Origin: a virus
Taxonomy: Duplodnaviria; Caudoviricetes
Virus record (IMG/VR): IMGVR_UViG_3300013121_000007
Coordinates: 32,001-96,000 of that record
Length of the DNA stretch: 64,000 nucleotides
Direction: 5' to 3' (one strand)
Shown: positions 10,128 through 19,874 of the stretch, one piece after another
How the letters are laid out: each line of letters opens with the position of its first letter
Position numbering within the stretch: the first letter of the stretch is position 1
Made by a program: the position numbers and the translations under genes
Notes under the pieces: model-generated
The model's input: the letters and a program-made list of their open reading frames with translations, nothing else
Told to the model about the DNA's origin: nothing
The model's database searches: none

Positions 10128-10489
10128 GTCAAACTCAGACGTTCACGCGCAAGTTCGTGACTGGGAAGAGTTTGGTAGGACACAAGTTCAACCTTCACGC
10201 CATCTCCGATTCTAGCGTCCAGATGCAATGCAATGAACTTCGGGACATCTGTGATGACTGCTGGAACAATTCTGGCGCGAGGCTGAATAGTGATAACAGC
10301 ATCTGACCCGTATTGCCGTACAAAGGGTCCGTCGATGCTCTCTCCACCTTTGATGTTCAGTGTAGCAACCTCATCACTGAGGTTTTCCACAAACACAACA
10401 TACCCAGGTGCAGAGAATTCCCAGGGACCGACAACCTCTGGGTTATCCTCCAATTGATTCCTGAGAATCTTCTCAACACGACTTGTCAT
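10124..10489 (-). CDS. Hypothetical beta-rich protein
   Basis: ATGA overlaps on both sides. Confidence 0.65.
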   Translation of the reverse strand: MTSRVEKILRNQLEDNPEVVGPWEFSAPGYVVFVENLSDEVATLNIKGGESIDGPFVRQYGSDAVITIQPRARIVPAVITDVPKFIALHLDARIGDGVKVELVSYQTLPSHELARERLSLT

Positions 10490-11874
10490 GCGGGTTCTCC
10501 AAGCAGTCGGTTCACGCTATCGAATAATACGCCCGGACGTGATGATCTTGTCTGGGTTGGCTCTCCGTCCTCTTCCTCATCATCTTTGTCATCTTTATTG
10601 AACGGAAACTCATCAGCATCCGTATCATCATCAGAGCTAGAATCAGCACTGTCGTCGTCAGGCTGCGCATCGCCATTAGAGCCTTTAGGCTGCGACGTAG
10701 CAGGTGACGACGATCCTGAAGTGTCATCAGGTTCGGGACCAGGGGGAGTACCATCGCCGGGTTCCCTTCCTAGTCCAGGTAAATCATCAGGTTCATTTAC
10801 CGTTGTCTGTGATGTACTTTTTGTCGTTGGTAGTGCTGAATCATCAGATGAAGAGTCATTACTGTTGTCAGGCTCTTCGTCTGAAGAACTCGACGGATCA
10901 TCATCATCATCATCATCGCTTGACGGCTCTTCTGCCTTGTCTTGTGGTGAGTTTACACCACCAAACCCCTTAGAGTTAGCCTTCTTCTCTGCGGGGCTGT
11001 CATTCCCTGCATCCGAACTGCCTTTCGCAGGAAAGCCATTGATGCCTTTAGAGGCTGAAGCCTTTTGCTCTGGAGACGGCATACTGCCATCTACAGATAG
11101 ATTGATTTGGTCACTCGTTACAAGAAACACCCAAGGTAGCGCATCTGGGTTCTCAGTGTCAAACTGAGGTGTACCCGATGCAGATGTCTCGGTGTTCGTG
11201 TCTTGCTCAGATTCTGGCTCTTCAGGATCGTTACCCTCTACGTACTTGCGGAGAGATTCAAGCCTATCTTCATCGTCTTCATCGTCCTCTTCTTCGTCGC
11301 CCCCCTCTTCATCGTCTCCGAACTCTTCGTCGTCTCCGAACTCTTCGTCGTCCTCTTCTTCGTCGTATGAAGAGTCTACCAGAGGACCCTGAACAATCTG
11401 TGTTCCTGGCATGATCTCTTTCAGCAGTTGCAGTAGCTGCGCAGCTTGATGGGGCTGCATCTGCGGAGAAAAGAACAGCAGAAAAGCTCCCAACTCTTGC
11501 TCAATGTCTGATGCGATGAAATAGTCCAAAGCATCGGCTGCGTTCACTCTCAAGATTGCAGAGTCATAGATGTCATCCAGTGTAGGGCCTTGCTCTGGCT
11601 GAAGATCAATGGCCCCTGAAGCAAAATCCGCTAGACGAGGGTCTGGAACACCCTGTCCAGAAGCAAGTTTGCTGGCTGCTTCCCGAATGCTCGTTGTACC
11701 ACGAATGATATCGTCAACTTGCACAGTCTGCGTTAGTCGCGTTTTACTGGACAGCGCATTTTTCACCCGCTGACCCAATGCAGATTTCAGAAACTCAGTA
11801 GCAACCCGCACTCGGTCAAGCCGAGAGTAGGCGGCTGTCGGGCTTCGTAGAATTGGTCCAGATACACGAGGCAT
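10486..11874 (-). CDS. Highly acidic low-complexity protein
   Basis: 462 aa; D/E tracts including a DDEEFG tandem. Confidence 0.75.
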   Translation of the reverse strand: MPRVSGPILRSPTAAYSRLDRVRVATEFLKSALGQRVKNALSSKTRLTQTVQVDDIIRGTTSIREAASKLASGQGVPDPRLADFASGAIDLQPEQGPTLDDIYDSAILRVNAADALDYFIASDIEQELGAFLLFFSPQMQPHQAAQLLQLLKEIMPGTQIVQGPLVDSSYDEEEDDEEFGDDEEFGDDEEGGDEEEDDEDDEDRLESLRKYVEGNDPEEPESEQDTNTETSASGTPQFDTENPDALPWVFLVTSDQINLSVDGSMPSPEQKASASKGINGFPAKGSSDAGNDSPAEKKANSKGFGGVNSPQDKAEEPSSDDDDDDDPSSSSDEEPDNSNDSSSDDSALPTTKSTSQTTVNEPDDLPGLGREPGDGTPPGPEPDDTSGSSSPATSQPKGSNGDAQPDDDSADSSSDDDTDADEFPFNKDDKDDEEEDGEPTQTRSSRPGVLFDSVNRLLGEPA

Positions 11875-11965
11875 GGTGTTTACTGTAACGACGACCGTAT
11901 CAGGAACTTTTTCTGTTACAGACTATTTGACACGTCGTAACTCCTTCACAAAAATGAAGTTACGA

Positions 11966-12280
11966 CTAGAGACTCAGCTTTTCAAGCTCCGTCAGTACAA
12001 AAGACTGTGTAACTGGAGTGGCCTGATAGCTTGAAAGAATATCGGGAGCCTCTCTCATACAAACCGAGTAGCTGTTTAGACTACCAGACTTGTAGGATTC
12101 GACCAAAGACTCGTCAACAAGGAAGCACAAAGCCTCAACTGCCTCTTCAGAAGATTCATCTAGGCTCTCTGCTGCGCGGAGTAGTCTCTCTCTGGTTGTA
12201 TTCCATCGGTCAGCAGCCGAAAGCACCAACAAACTATTGTCGGTGTGCTGACTCTCGTACATGGCTCCAAAGAGAAGCAT
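11966..12280 (-). CDS. Hypothetical protein
   Basis: 104 aa; operon packing. Confidence 0.55.
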   Translation of the reverse strand: MLLFGAMYESQHTDNSLLVLSAADRWNTTRERLLRAAESLDESSEEAVEALCFLVDESLVESYKSGSLNSYSVCMREAPDILSSYQATPVTQSFVLTELEKLSL

Positions 12281-12287
12281 GATGAGA

Positions 12288-12689
12288 CTACAGAGTGTCG
12301 TCGACTGTTATGTCCCGGATAATAGTGTTGTTCTGTCCACCAGTTTCCAGGATTCTTGGATCAGCAGCAATGAATGTAGACAGTACGTGGTCAGGCAATG
12401 ATTCAATGTTTCTGGTTAGTCGAACAAACGGGTATAAGCCTGCAGCAAGTTCTTCCTCTTCAGGATCGTATACTCCGTTACACTGAGTCAGTATAGCCTC
12501 TCGAATTCCGTCTGCATCCAGCAACAAAACTAGATTGTAGTAGTTTGGGAATACATTCAGGTCTCGGCCAACCTGAAGATTCATGAAGCCTTCGGATCGT
12601 CCATTGAACTCGTCGATAAGCGAACCGCTTACGATCGCAGTGAGTTCTATGTCAGCTTGAATACTGACCTTTTTAGGAAGATTCGGCAC
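12288..12689 (-). CDS. Hypothetical protein
   Basis: 133 aa; operon packing. Confidence 0.6.
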   Translation of the reverse strand: MPNLPKKVSIQADIELTAIVSGSLIDEFNGRSEGFMNLQVGRDLNVFPNYYNLVLLLDADGIREAILTQCNGVYDPEEEELAAGLYPFVRLTRNIESLPDHVLSTFIAADPRILETGGQNNTIIRDITVDDTL

Positions 12690-12691
12690 TT

Positions 12692-13309
12692 CTAGTGGCT
12701 GATGACAGGTTGTAGGTCAATCGGCTCAAGACCAACCTCTTTGCGCGTCAGGTTTATAACTGACCACCGAATCTGATTGTTGTTGTGCATGGTCTCATCC
12801 TGATGATCTAGACGAGTTGCAAGCCTTCCGATGTCTTGCTGCATAGTTGCCATGTCATTCGACAATTCTCTTTCCAGTGATACTGGATGCCCGTCTAACA
12901 TGTGTCTGTCCAACTGACTCTTGATTGGGTCTAGAGCCATGTTCCACAACACAGTCAGCACAGTGACAGCAAGTGCAGCAACTGTAATTCCGCCTCCTCC
13001 AACACTTACAATCAGAGGCCAGTTGACCGCTTTGGAGTCTGACAACTGCTGACCAATGACACTGATGTCTTTTCGGACTTCATCACCTTGATGCGAAATC
13101 ACCAGTCGAAGCTCGTCACCCTGGTCTCGAATTGCTTTCCAATGCGCCTCAGCATTCGACTTCAGTGTTTCTGACAGACTCGAAACTGCCTGTGTGAGGT
13201 TGATGATGTCTCTCTCATGTGCCGCCAACCTCTCATGAATGGTAGCCAACGAATTGTCATCCATGACTTTATGTCCAGATCGCTTTGTACGTTCTTGTTG
13301 TGTCGTCAT
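12692..13309 (-). CDS. Membrane-anchored coiled-coil protein
   Basis: Hydrophobic segment WPLIVSVGGGGITVAALAVTVLTVLW between coiled coils. Confidence 0.65.
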   Translation of the reverse strand: MTTQQERTKRSGHKVMDDNSLATIHERLAAHERDIINLTQAVSSLSETLKSNAEAHWKAIRDQGDELRLVISHQGDEVRKDISVIGQQLSDSKAVNWPLIVSVGGGGITVAALAVTVLTVLWNMALDPIKSQLDRHMLDGHPVSLERELSNDMATMQQDIGRLATRLDHQDETMHNNNQIRWSVINLTRKEVGLEPIDLQPVISH

Positions 13310-13311
13310 GA

Positions 13312-13983
13312 CTACCTCGTTGACTTTTTAGAGGTAGTGTATGCATCACCAACGCTACACTCACTCAGAAGTTGGCTAATCGCCTGAAGGACCCCATTGG
13401 AGAACTCTAGATCGTTGTCGATGTAAGAGTGCGTTTCTTTTTTGACTACTGGTCCAACAAGCTGTGTATTCTGGTTGTTGACCACTACACGATGACCCGC
13501 AGGCTGAAATACTGACTTTCTGAAACCCCAGCGAGGATTCTGTTGTGTGAAGTATGTGCACTTCTCCACGATTTCTGGAACATGAATTGAACCAATCCCA
13601 AAAGCGGCAGCCGGGAAGAAGTGAAACGAATCGAACCTTCTGACAGCGTCACACAACCATAACTCTCGTACTGTGCACCCTCCTCTTTCTTGCAGAGCCT
13701 TGCAAAACTTTACGGCACGATCACCACCGTAGCTGTAACCAACGACAAGATGAACCTGCTTTGGATTCATCCCATTTTCCATAGGACGGTATCTCCAAAG
13801 AGATTCAGCAACATCGTCTACGTTCGTATTCCAGGGAAACAAACGTACCCTGACGTCAGATCGGCAACAAGCAAGGATAAAAGCGTCGTGCTCGATGCCT
13901 ACCATCCCCGAACCTGGACTCCCTAGCGACTGCAGAAATCCAGAGAAGATGGTAACGGCGTATCGAATAGGTTCCTGGCCCAT
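13312..13983 (-). CDS. Alpha/beta hydrolase-fold protein
   Basis: VVGYSYGG nucleophile elbow, LCDAV, C-terminal THSYID. Confidence 0.7.
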   Translation of the reverse strand: MGQEPIRYAVTIFSGFLQSLGSPGSGMVGIEHDAFILACCRSDVRVRLFPWNTNVDDVAESLWRYRPMENGMNPKQVHLVVGYSYGGDRAVKFCKALQERGGCTVRELWLCDAVRRFDSFHFFPAAAFGIGSIHVPEIVEKCTYFTQQNPRWGFRKSVFQPAGHRVVVNNQNTQLVGPVVKKETHSYIDNDLEFSNGVLQAISQLLSECSVGDAYTTSKKSTR

Positions 13984-14001
13984 TTAGCCGTACAGCCGTT
14001 T

Positions 14002-14847
14002 TTAGGCTCCGCGAAGAAGTCTGGGTGCCAGCTTCTTAGCCAAGGTATCTCTGTCCGACGCACGCTGCACAAGGCTGATTGCCGTGTCCACGTCCTCTCG
14101 GACTGACTCAGTAGCGGAGCTTTCGCCTTCAGCGTCATCCGGTTCCCCAGGCTCATGCTCGTCATTCTGTGGCAGAGTCGAGTCGATTGTGGGGTCCCCT
14201 CCAACACTCCCGTGAGTCGAAACTTCATCTGTTGGCGCAGAACCAGGAACATTCGAGGAACTGTCACCTGCCATCGTCTGAACATCACCAGCAGTCTCGA
14301 TTCCTGTCGTATCATTTGGTGGTGGTGTGTCTTCCACACCCTCACCGTCATTGTCGTCCTGTTCGCTGGAAACAGAACCGCCAACGGTGTCGTCTGGAAC
14401 CTGACTACCATCTTCACCAAGAAATGACCTCAAGTCCTCGTTGAAGTCATCCTCGTTGAAGTCATCCTCGTCTCCAAGCTCAACTTCCAGATCGTCGTCT
14501 TCGCCGTAAAGGGAGTCATCGTCCCCGGCATCATCGAGGGGATCGTCAAAGTCGTCGTCAAACTCTTCGTGCATGTGAGATTGCGCCATTGTTCCCTCGT
14601 CGATCCAGTATTTGAATTCTCCAGAGGCGTCCCTCTCTGGAGATTCTGAGTTGAGTGTGACAGTTTCTTCGCCGGAACCATCCGGATCGCACACTGTGAG
14701 CTTGTTCGGGAGTTCGATTGACCGCACGAGCTTCCTTCTCACATTCTCACCATCCTTGATGAGTAAGCCGTCGCCAATCTGAAAATCAAAAGCGGACTGG
14801 GCAGGTGTGATGTGTCGACTCTTAGCTTCTTGAAAGGTAGTCTTCAC
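14002..14847 (-). CDS. Acidic low-complexity protein, possible internal head protein
   Basis: 281 aa; N-terminus MKTTFQEA; acidic tract. Confidence 0.7.
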   Translation of the reverse strand: MKTTFQEAKSRHITPAQSAFDFQIGDGLLIKDGENVRRKLVRSIELPNKLTVCDPDGSGEETVTLNSESPERDASGEFKYWIDEGTMAQSHMHEEFDDDFDDPLDDAGDDDSLYGEDDDLEVELGDEDDFNEDDFNEDLRSFLGEDGSQVPDDTVGGSVSSEQDDNDGEGVEDTPPPNDTTGIETAGDVQTMAGDSSSNVPGSAPTDEVSTHGSVGGDPTIDSTLPQNDEHEPGEPDDAEGESSATESVREDVDTAISLVQRASDRDTLAKKLAPRLLRGA

Positions 14848-15656
14848 TGCTGCAACTCCGATTGAATGCGTGACCGTATTTGGCGAAAGCAGGAAAGCTG
14901 TATGCGGAATCTGTCCGGGCTAGACGTAATCCGATTCTTGTGTACACGGTAGTAGTACAAAGGATCGGCCAAAGTGGCAACAGTATATTGCTTACAGACC
15001 CTCCAAAAGAAATCGTAGTCCTGTGCGTGTGGGTATTGCTCGTTGTACATTCCTACAGTATCAAGCACCTCTCTTCGGAATAATACAGACCCATGCGCCA
15101 GTGGAGACCTTTCAGAGAAATCCTTTTTTGTTACCAGACCTGATGCTTTGTACCAGACTTCCTGTTTGACCTGTGAGTCATGTACAACATGAACCGCAGA
15201 ACCCAAAAGAACAACCTCTTGGTGTGCATTCAGATAATCAACTTGCTTGGAAATTCTACAGAGGCTTGACCAGTCGTCAGCATCTTGCCTAGCAACAAAG
15301 CTCCCTGTAACCTGACGAAGCCCATGATTGAGCGCCTTTGTAACCCCTTCATGCTTCACTGCAAAGACACGTAACACACGAGACTTTCGATTCTGCTGAA
15401 TGGTATCAGACCAAACGGACAGTTGATTCGCGGTTCCATCTGATGATCCGTCATCAACTGCGATGATCTCAATTGGCCCGTCGTAGTCTTGATCCACCAG
15501 TGAGAATACTGATTGCTCCAAGTAGCCTCTTCCAGTAGAAAGGCCATTCCAGACTGGCAGGACAACAGATACCAAGGGTCTCACACCTGTACAGACGACG
15601 TGTCGCCCCAAAAACACTCTCAGCAGCACAAATGGATTGCACTTTTTTCGCTGCAC
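14844..15656 (-). CDS. Glycosyltransferase family 2
   Basis: VSVVLPVWN, VDDGSSDGT, ARQDADD, AQDYDF. Confidence 0.92.
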   Translation of the reverse strand: MQRKKCNPFVLLRVFLGRHVVCTGVRPLVSVVLPVWNGLSTGRGYLEQSVFSLVDQDYDGPIEIIAVDDGSSDGTANQLSVWSDTIQQNRKSRVLRVFAVKHEGVTKALNHGLRQVTGSFVARQDADDWSSLCRISKQVDYLNAHQEVVLLGSAVHVVHDSQVKQEVWYKASGLVTKKDFSERSPLAHGSVLFRREVLDTVGMYNEQYPHAQDYDFFWRVCKQYTVATLADPLYYYRVHKNRITSSPDRFRIQLSCFRQIRSRIQSELQQ

Positions 15657-15755
15657 TTTTCTCGTAACTTGTTTACTGCAAAGGAGTTACAGCTTCGTGT
15701 ACTTTGCAGCCGTGTAAATCCTGCAGAGTAAACGCGCAAAATCAATGAGTTGCCC

Positions 15756-15783
15756 TTGACTCATCCGTGAGTTGTAGTACCCT
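15756..15783 (+). promoter_or_regulatory. TTGACT-N16-TACCCT promoter (TGACTCA family)
   Basis: Matches the 11-copy motif; upstream of the only plus-strand gene. Confidence 0.6.
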
Positions 15784-15844
15784 GCAACAGTGGCCGGGTA
15801 CTGGCAGAAAACGCGACGATCCCACAAAAAGAGAGTTCAATCCA

Positions 15845-16360
15845 ATGAGCGCAATGGGAAAGGGTTACTGGCTCGACCCGGACAACAGGGCTATGTATCT
15901 GGTAGCGGATTTCCAGAACAGGCATGAGTTCTGGCTTCTTGACGCCAAAAATCAAGAGAAGACTCATCTTCCAAGTGCAGTCACCAAAACTCTGAACAGC
16001 ATGGGGGAAAAGCTGCGAGCGGGTGATGCAAGAATGGTTGACGCCATCAGACTTGAGGGGATCAAGGCTGGCCTAATCCGCATCCGAGACTACTACAACT
16101 ACATCAGTATCATGTTGTCGGCTCCGCGCAGCCGCGTGAGAGATGTATTGTGGTCCGTCTACATGGCGATGGACAACACAATGAAGCCACATGAGAATGC
16201 AGAGCTTCTGATCGTGAACATGAACGGGAACGATTCGACGAAAATCACTTGGGGTGACTTTCAGAAGAGTCTCGTCGACGACTCACCCATTCTTCGAGAG
16301 GATGAAAAAGAGGGTGGATTGAGTGAGCAGTTGGACAAGATCATGGGTAAGCCAGCTTGA
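15845..16360 (+). CDS. Hypothetical protein, only credible plus-strand gene
   Basis: Fills the gap between minus-strand genes; has its own promoter motif. Confidence 0.75.
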   Translation: MSAMGKGYWLDPDNRAMYLVADFQNRHEFWLLDAKNQEKTHLPSAVTKTLNSMGEKLRAGDARMVDAIRLEGIKAGLIRIRDYYNYISIMLSAPRSRVRDVLWSVYMAMDNTMKPHENAELLIVNMNGNDSTKITWGDFQKSLVDDSPILREDEKEGGLSEQLDKIMGKPA

Positions 16361-16370
16361 CATACTTCGT

Positions 16371-17153
16371 CTAGTGCCCTCCTAGGTCCCCCCTCTTTAG
16401 TGCTGTATGACTGGCAGCTTCTGTATCTCGATAGACACCAAGAGCTTCGAGAATATAGACGACACTCTTACCAGTTGACTGACACATTTCTCGTACTTCA
16501 CAGATGGCTGTAGACTTTGAAGTCTCAGCGTTCATGATCCTGTCTTGATGCAAGTAGTACCGGTCATCTTGAGAGAGTAGAGAGTTGATCTCCTCATCCA
16601 GAGAGTCGTAGACCTGAACAAGGTTCTTACCACCTCTATTCTCTTTTCGGTTGCAAGCGTCTACGTAGCAACCGGCGCTGATATCCCGACACATTGCGCA
16701 TGGTCCAGGATTACCGCAAGAGCCGTTTGGACCGCAAACCAGTTTTGTGACTCTTAGGCAGTCACCCAACGATAGCCCGGCGTCGAGCAGTCTCTGAAAG
16801 TCCTCAATTCGGACCATGTTTCCATTGGCCCCTGAAAACGCCAAATCGTAGTACCCCTTCTCATTCACATTGAGGTTGATAGGTGCTCCGTTGCTGCGTG
16901 CATTCCTCAAAGCCTGAATGATTGTCTCGTGCTCTGGGCAAGACGCTGTACCCACTCTGGACTCTAGCCATGCTTTGAGTGTAGGCGCTGTAGTCAGGTG
17001 CTGTACTTCTATGATTGGAAGCAGAACGTCTTCTGCCGTCTTCCGTTTTTCTACCCCCTGACCTGGAACTGGGTATAGCTTATCGTCAGCCGGCGATCTG
17101 GCGACAACACCAGAAGATAACGAAGTCAGTTCTCTGTTTGATTCCCCACTCAT
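16371..17153 (-). CDS. Hypothetical Cys-rich protein
   Basis: 260 aa; Cys cluster. Confidence 0.6.
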   Translation of the reverse strand: MSGESNRELTSLSSGVVARSPADDKLYPVPGQGVEKRKTAEDVLLPIIEVQHLTTAPTLKAWLESRVGTASCPEHETIIQALRNARSNGAPINLNVNEKGYYDLAFSGANGNMVRIEDFQRLLDAGLSLGDCLRVTKLVCGPNGSCGNPGPCAMCRDISAGCYVDACNRKENRGGKNLVQVYDSLDEEINSLLSQDDRYYLHQDRIMNAETSKSTAICEVREMCQSTGKSVVYILEALGVYRDTEAASHTALKRGDLGGH

Positions 17154-17899
17154 TGAATAATCTCATAGAACGGGAACGTGACGTCCCTAGATGAAAACTG
17201 ATGAACTCCATCGAAGGTTGGTACAGTCTCTGATCGACGAAGCAAACACAAGTGTTCGCACTCTAAGCCATTGTCAGAGTAGACGTTGACTCTGTGAAAA
17301 TCAGATGTCAACTTGCTGCAGAAATCGCAGAATGCTGATTCTGAGTATCGAGCGTACAGACGCGATTCAGAAACGTCTATACCTAGCTGATCTGCAGCTT
17401 GTTGCTTCAATGTCTCAGAGAACGTAATCAGTAATCCTTGCTGACACTTGCACCACAGGTCTCCAACCAACCTTGTATAGCCAGGGAGGGATTCAAGGAT
17501 GGAAGACACGACGACAAAATGAAACTTACGGTGCAACTCAAAGTTGTACAATGAGTCGACTGCGCGAAACTGAACACCCGGCAGCCTTCCAAATCTAGAT
17601 TGGCAAGACTTTATGCACTCTACGTCACAGTCCAACCCTAGAAACGAAACATTTTCGTGTTCTGACTGAAGAAGGCCGAGCAGCGATTCACCCAGACCAC
17701 AGCCAACAACCAGAACAGACAGCGTACCGGATGCAGGCGTAACACTTCTCCAGTATCCGGAAAGAAGCCTTGATGAACCCAACGCTTCGTAGCCGATTAG
17801 AGACTCTCTTCGTTTACTTGATTGCAGCCAGCGCAGAAACGACCTGTCTCCAGACTTAGTTCTTGCCTCAATCTCGTCCAAACTAGTCGGCCGTATCAT
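17150..17899 (-). CDS. Class I SAM-dependent methyltransferase
   Basis: VLVVGCGLG motif I; FLGLD motif II. Confidence 0.7.
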   Translation of the reverse strand: MIRPTSLDEIEARTKSGDRSFLRWLQSSKRRESLIGYEALGSSRLLSGYWRSVTPASGTLSVLVVGCGLGESLLGLLQSEHENVSFLGLDCDVECIKSCQSRFGRLPGVQFRAVDSLYNFELHRKFHFVVVSSILESLPGYTRLVGDLWCKCQQGLLITFSETLKQQAADQLGIDVSESRLYARYSESAFCDFCSKLTSDFHRVNVYSDNGLECEHLCLLRRSETVPTFDGVHQFSSRDVTFPFYEIIQ

Positions 17900-18287
17900 G
17901 TCTTTGCCTTAGAAGGCAGTTTAGCTTTTCAACAGATACAGGGTCCGTAAGAACAATATCCTGTTCCCCGTGCGGTATTGAAGACACCTGCATTCCCGGC
18001 TCTAGAAGTAAGACGATAGACGTCCTAGGGCAAAATACTCGTAGAGCAGACAGCACATCAAGAGTGTCGCTAAATGGAATAGCTAGAAGGTCTAGAATTA
18101 GTACGTCTGCTGAGGCTGCATTCACACCAGCAGCAAACAAGGTTACTGGGTACTGAAAGTTCCAGTTAGCAATCTCGCACAATGAAGATTCAAACTGTTC
18201 ACGCCCTCCGCAGCGCTTGACATCACCAACAAAGACAAGTCTGTTAGTTCGCCTTTCTACGTTACCTGTCATTGACAGACCAGTCAC
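17883..18287 (-). CDS. Hypothetical protein, degenerate receiver-like domain
   Basis: ADVLILDL...P-TSIVLL...LTDPVSVEKL pattern. Confidence 0.45.
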   Translation of the reverse strand: MTGLSMTGNVERRTNRLVFVGDVKRCGGREQFESSLCEIANWNFQYPVTLFAAGVNAASADVLILDLLAIPFSDTLDVLSALRVFCPRTSIVLLLEPGMQVSSIPHGEQDIVLTDPVSVEKLNCLLRQRHDTAD

Positions 18288-18918
18288 CTTTCTGATGCCG
18301 AATCACAAACCCTGAGCAGTCCAGTCGATCTAACCATTCAATGATTAGACCCCGCAGGTAGTTCATGTTGTGAAGTTCAACGGCGATCTTCAAAGAACCA
18401 ACTGTGTATACGTTGTATTTGGTGTCGAAGTCTTTGACAGTGGCGGGTTCTGCCAACTCAATCTTCGGATGTACGCCAGAAATACCAGTGACATCCAAGA
18501 ACACAAGAACGACTACGTCAAACCCATCAATGTCCAAACCTTGTTCTTCGGCTTGCAACAAGAGTTTTGATAGTTGTTGTTCCGTAGCCTCTCTTTCAGC
18601 AAGTAGGTCTGGGGACAAGTTGGTAAGCCTAGACTGTAGGCTAGCAATCTTTCCCGGCAGATGGTGCCTCTTGTAATCCCGCACGTAAGCTAAAAGCTGG
18701 TCCGCAGCCCTTCTCGATACGTATACAGGAGACGGATTCACACTGAGTGTGTCCCCACCACCCATACTTGGACGAATCAGAGTCTCAGCAATACGCCGTC
18801 CGACAGATTGCCTGCGTTCCAGAGAACACTGAGGGCAGTGGTAGTAGGGCTGACCAGCGTGTTTTGGGCACTCACCATGAATGCGCATCCCTGGTACAAA
18901 TGTTGAACCAGAGGACAT
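18262..18918 (-). CDS. Zn-finger plus HesB/IscA-like protein
   Basis: CPKH...CPQC; VYVSRRAADQL...IAVE-NYLRGLIIEW-SGFVI; start moved to ATG 18918. Confidence 0.5.
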   Translation of the reverse strand: MSSGSTFVPGMRIHGECPKHAGQPYYHCPQCSLERRQSVGRRIAETLIRPSMGGGDTLSVNPSPVYVSRRAADQLLAYVRDYKRHHLPGKIASLQSRLTNLSPDLLAEREATEQQLSKLLLQAEEQGLDIDGFDVVVLVFLDVTGISGVHPKIELAEPATVKDFDTKYNVYTVGSLKIAVELHNMNYLRGLIIEWLDRLDCSGFVIRHQKGDWSVNDR

Positions 18919-18922
18919 GGTA

Positions 18923-19366
18923 TCAATCCTGCGAGGCATCGCGTCCCAAGGAGATGGCATCTTTCCCGTACTTAGACCCGACGAAGCGTTCACCATCCAC
19001 TCGTCGAAGGATGGCTTGAATCGCGTTGTATGGGACGATGACGAAAGACATTCCGTTGAAGAAGCATTCAGTCGCGCTGCCGCTGATAACGACACGGTCT
19101 CCGAGTTCCAGGTTGATCTTGTGACAGTGCTCGTCAAGAATAGACGAAATCTGATGCACAATCAGGTGCCACTCTTTGTCATTCCGAGCATTGCTCAATG
19201 ACGGAACGATGATCTTGCTCGACCGAGGTAGCTGGCCGACAACCTCTCCAAGGAACGTATTGCGGTTCAGGGAGATATCCCAGCCATCATGAGGGAGTCT
19301 TTCATCAAACTTCCCATCATCGTCCTCGCCAACGACAGGGACTCCGCGCTGCAGCAGTGGATTCAT
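18923..19366 (-). CDS. GroES/Cpn10-like co-chaperonin
   Basis: KIIVPS mobile-loop-like segment; LELGDRVVI...TECFFNG-SFVIVPYNAIQAIL resembles the GroES C-terminal half. Confidence 0.6.
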   Translation of the reverse strand: MNPLLQRGVPVVGEDDDGKFDERLPHDGWDISLNRNTFLGEVVGQLPRSSKIIVPSLSNARNDKEWHLIVHQISSILDEHCHKINLELGDRVVISGSATECFFNGMSFVIVPYNAIQAILRRVDGERFVGSKYGKDAISLGRDASQD

Positions 19367-19398
19367 GTGCTCTAGTTCCTTGCCCGCGAATTGTGCTG

Positions 19399-19426
19399 AC
19401 TCTAGCACAAGACGTACTTGAGTCAA
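19399..19426 (-). promoter_or_regulatory. TTGACT-N16-TAGAGT promoter
   Basis: Motif copy upstream of the GroES-like gene. Confidence 0.65.
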
Positions 19427-19427
19427 G

Positions 19428-19550
19428 CTACTTGCAGCAATGATGCCCTGATTTTTTACCTTGCATCTGCTTACGACGTTGAGATTTCCCCGCCTGTATG
19501 AACTTCTTGTAGGACTCGCGAATATGGCGGCGTTTCTTGATGTTGGCCAT
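19428..19550 (-). CDS. 40-aa basic peptide
   Basis: Below ORF-track cutoff; MANIKKRRHIRESYKKFIQAGKSQRRKQMQGKKSGHHCCK; AAGGAG upstream. Confidence 0.55.
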   Translation of the reverse strand: MANIKKRRHIRESYKKFIQAGKSQRRKQMQGKKSGHHCCK

Positions 19551-19555
19551 TGTGG

Positions 19556-19870
19556 TCACTCTTTGGTTCCCACTGAATATCCGTAGAGACTCTCAACCAC
19601 AGACTCAAAAGAAGGACGAACTTTTCCGCATTCAACCCATTCAGGCCCCTTAGGTGCTCCGACCTCAGCATCGCCATCAACTTTGGTCACGCCGTCAATT
19701 TGATTGAAGGCAGAGTCCCACTCCTCATACTTGTCTTGTTCATCTGAGTCGCTTAGTGAATACCTAAGCATTCCAGTGGCTGTATTGAACCACACTTTCC
19801 CATATCCGGGGTCCTCTGCAGGTGATAGCCTCAGCATCACCTTTTTGATTTCAGCTACAGTGTCCGCCAT
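19556..19870 (-). CDS. Hypothetical protein with degenerate tag (PSFESVVESLYG)
   Basis: 104 aa; operon packing. Confidence 0.65.
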   Translation of the reverse strand: MADTVAEIKKVMLRLSPAEDPGYGKVWFNTATGMLRYSLSDSDEQDKYEEWDSAFNQIDGVTKVDGDAEVGAPKGPEWVECGKVRPSFESVVESLYGYSVGTKE

Positions 19871-19874
19871 ACCA

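Noticed and set aside
1-15000. T4-type late promoters (TATAAATA)
   Set aside because: Not seen upstream of the structural genes by eye
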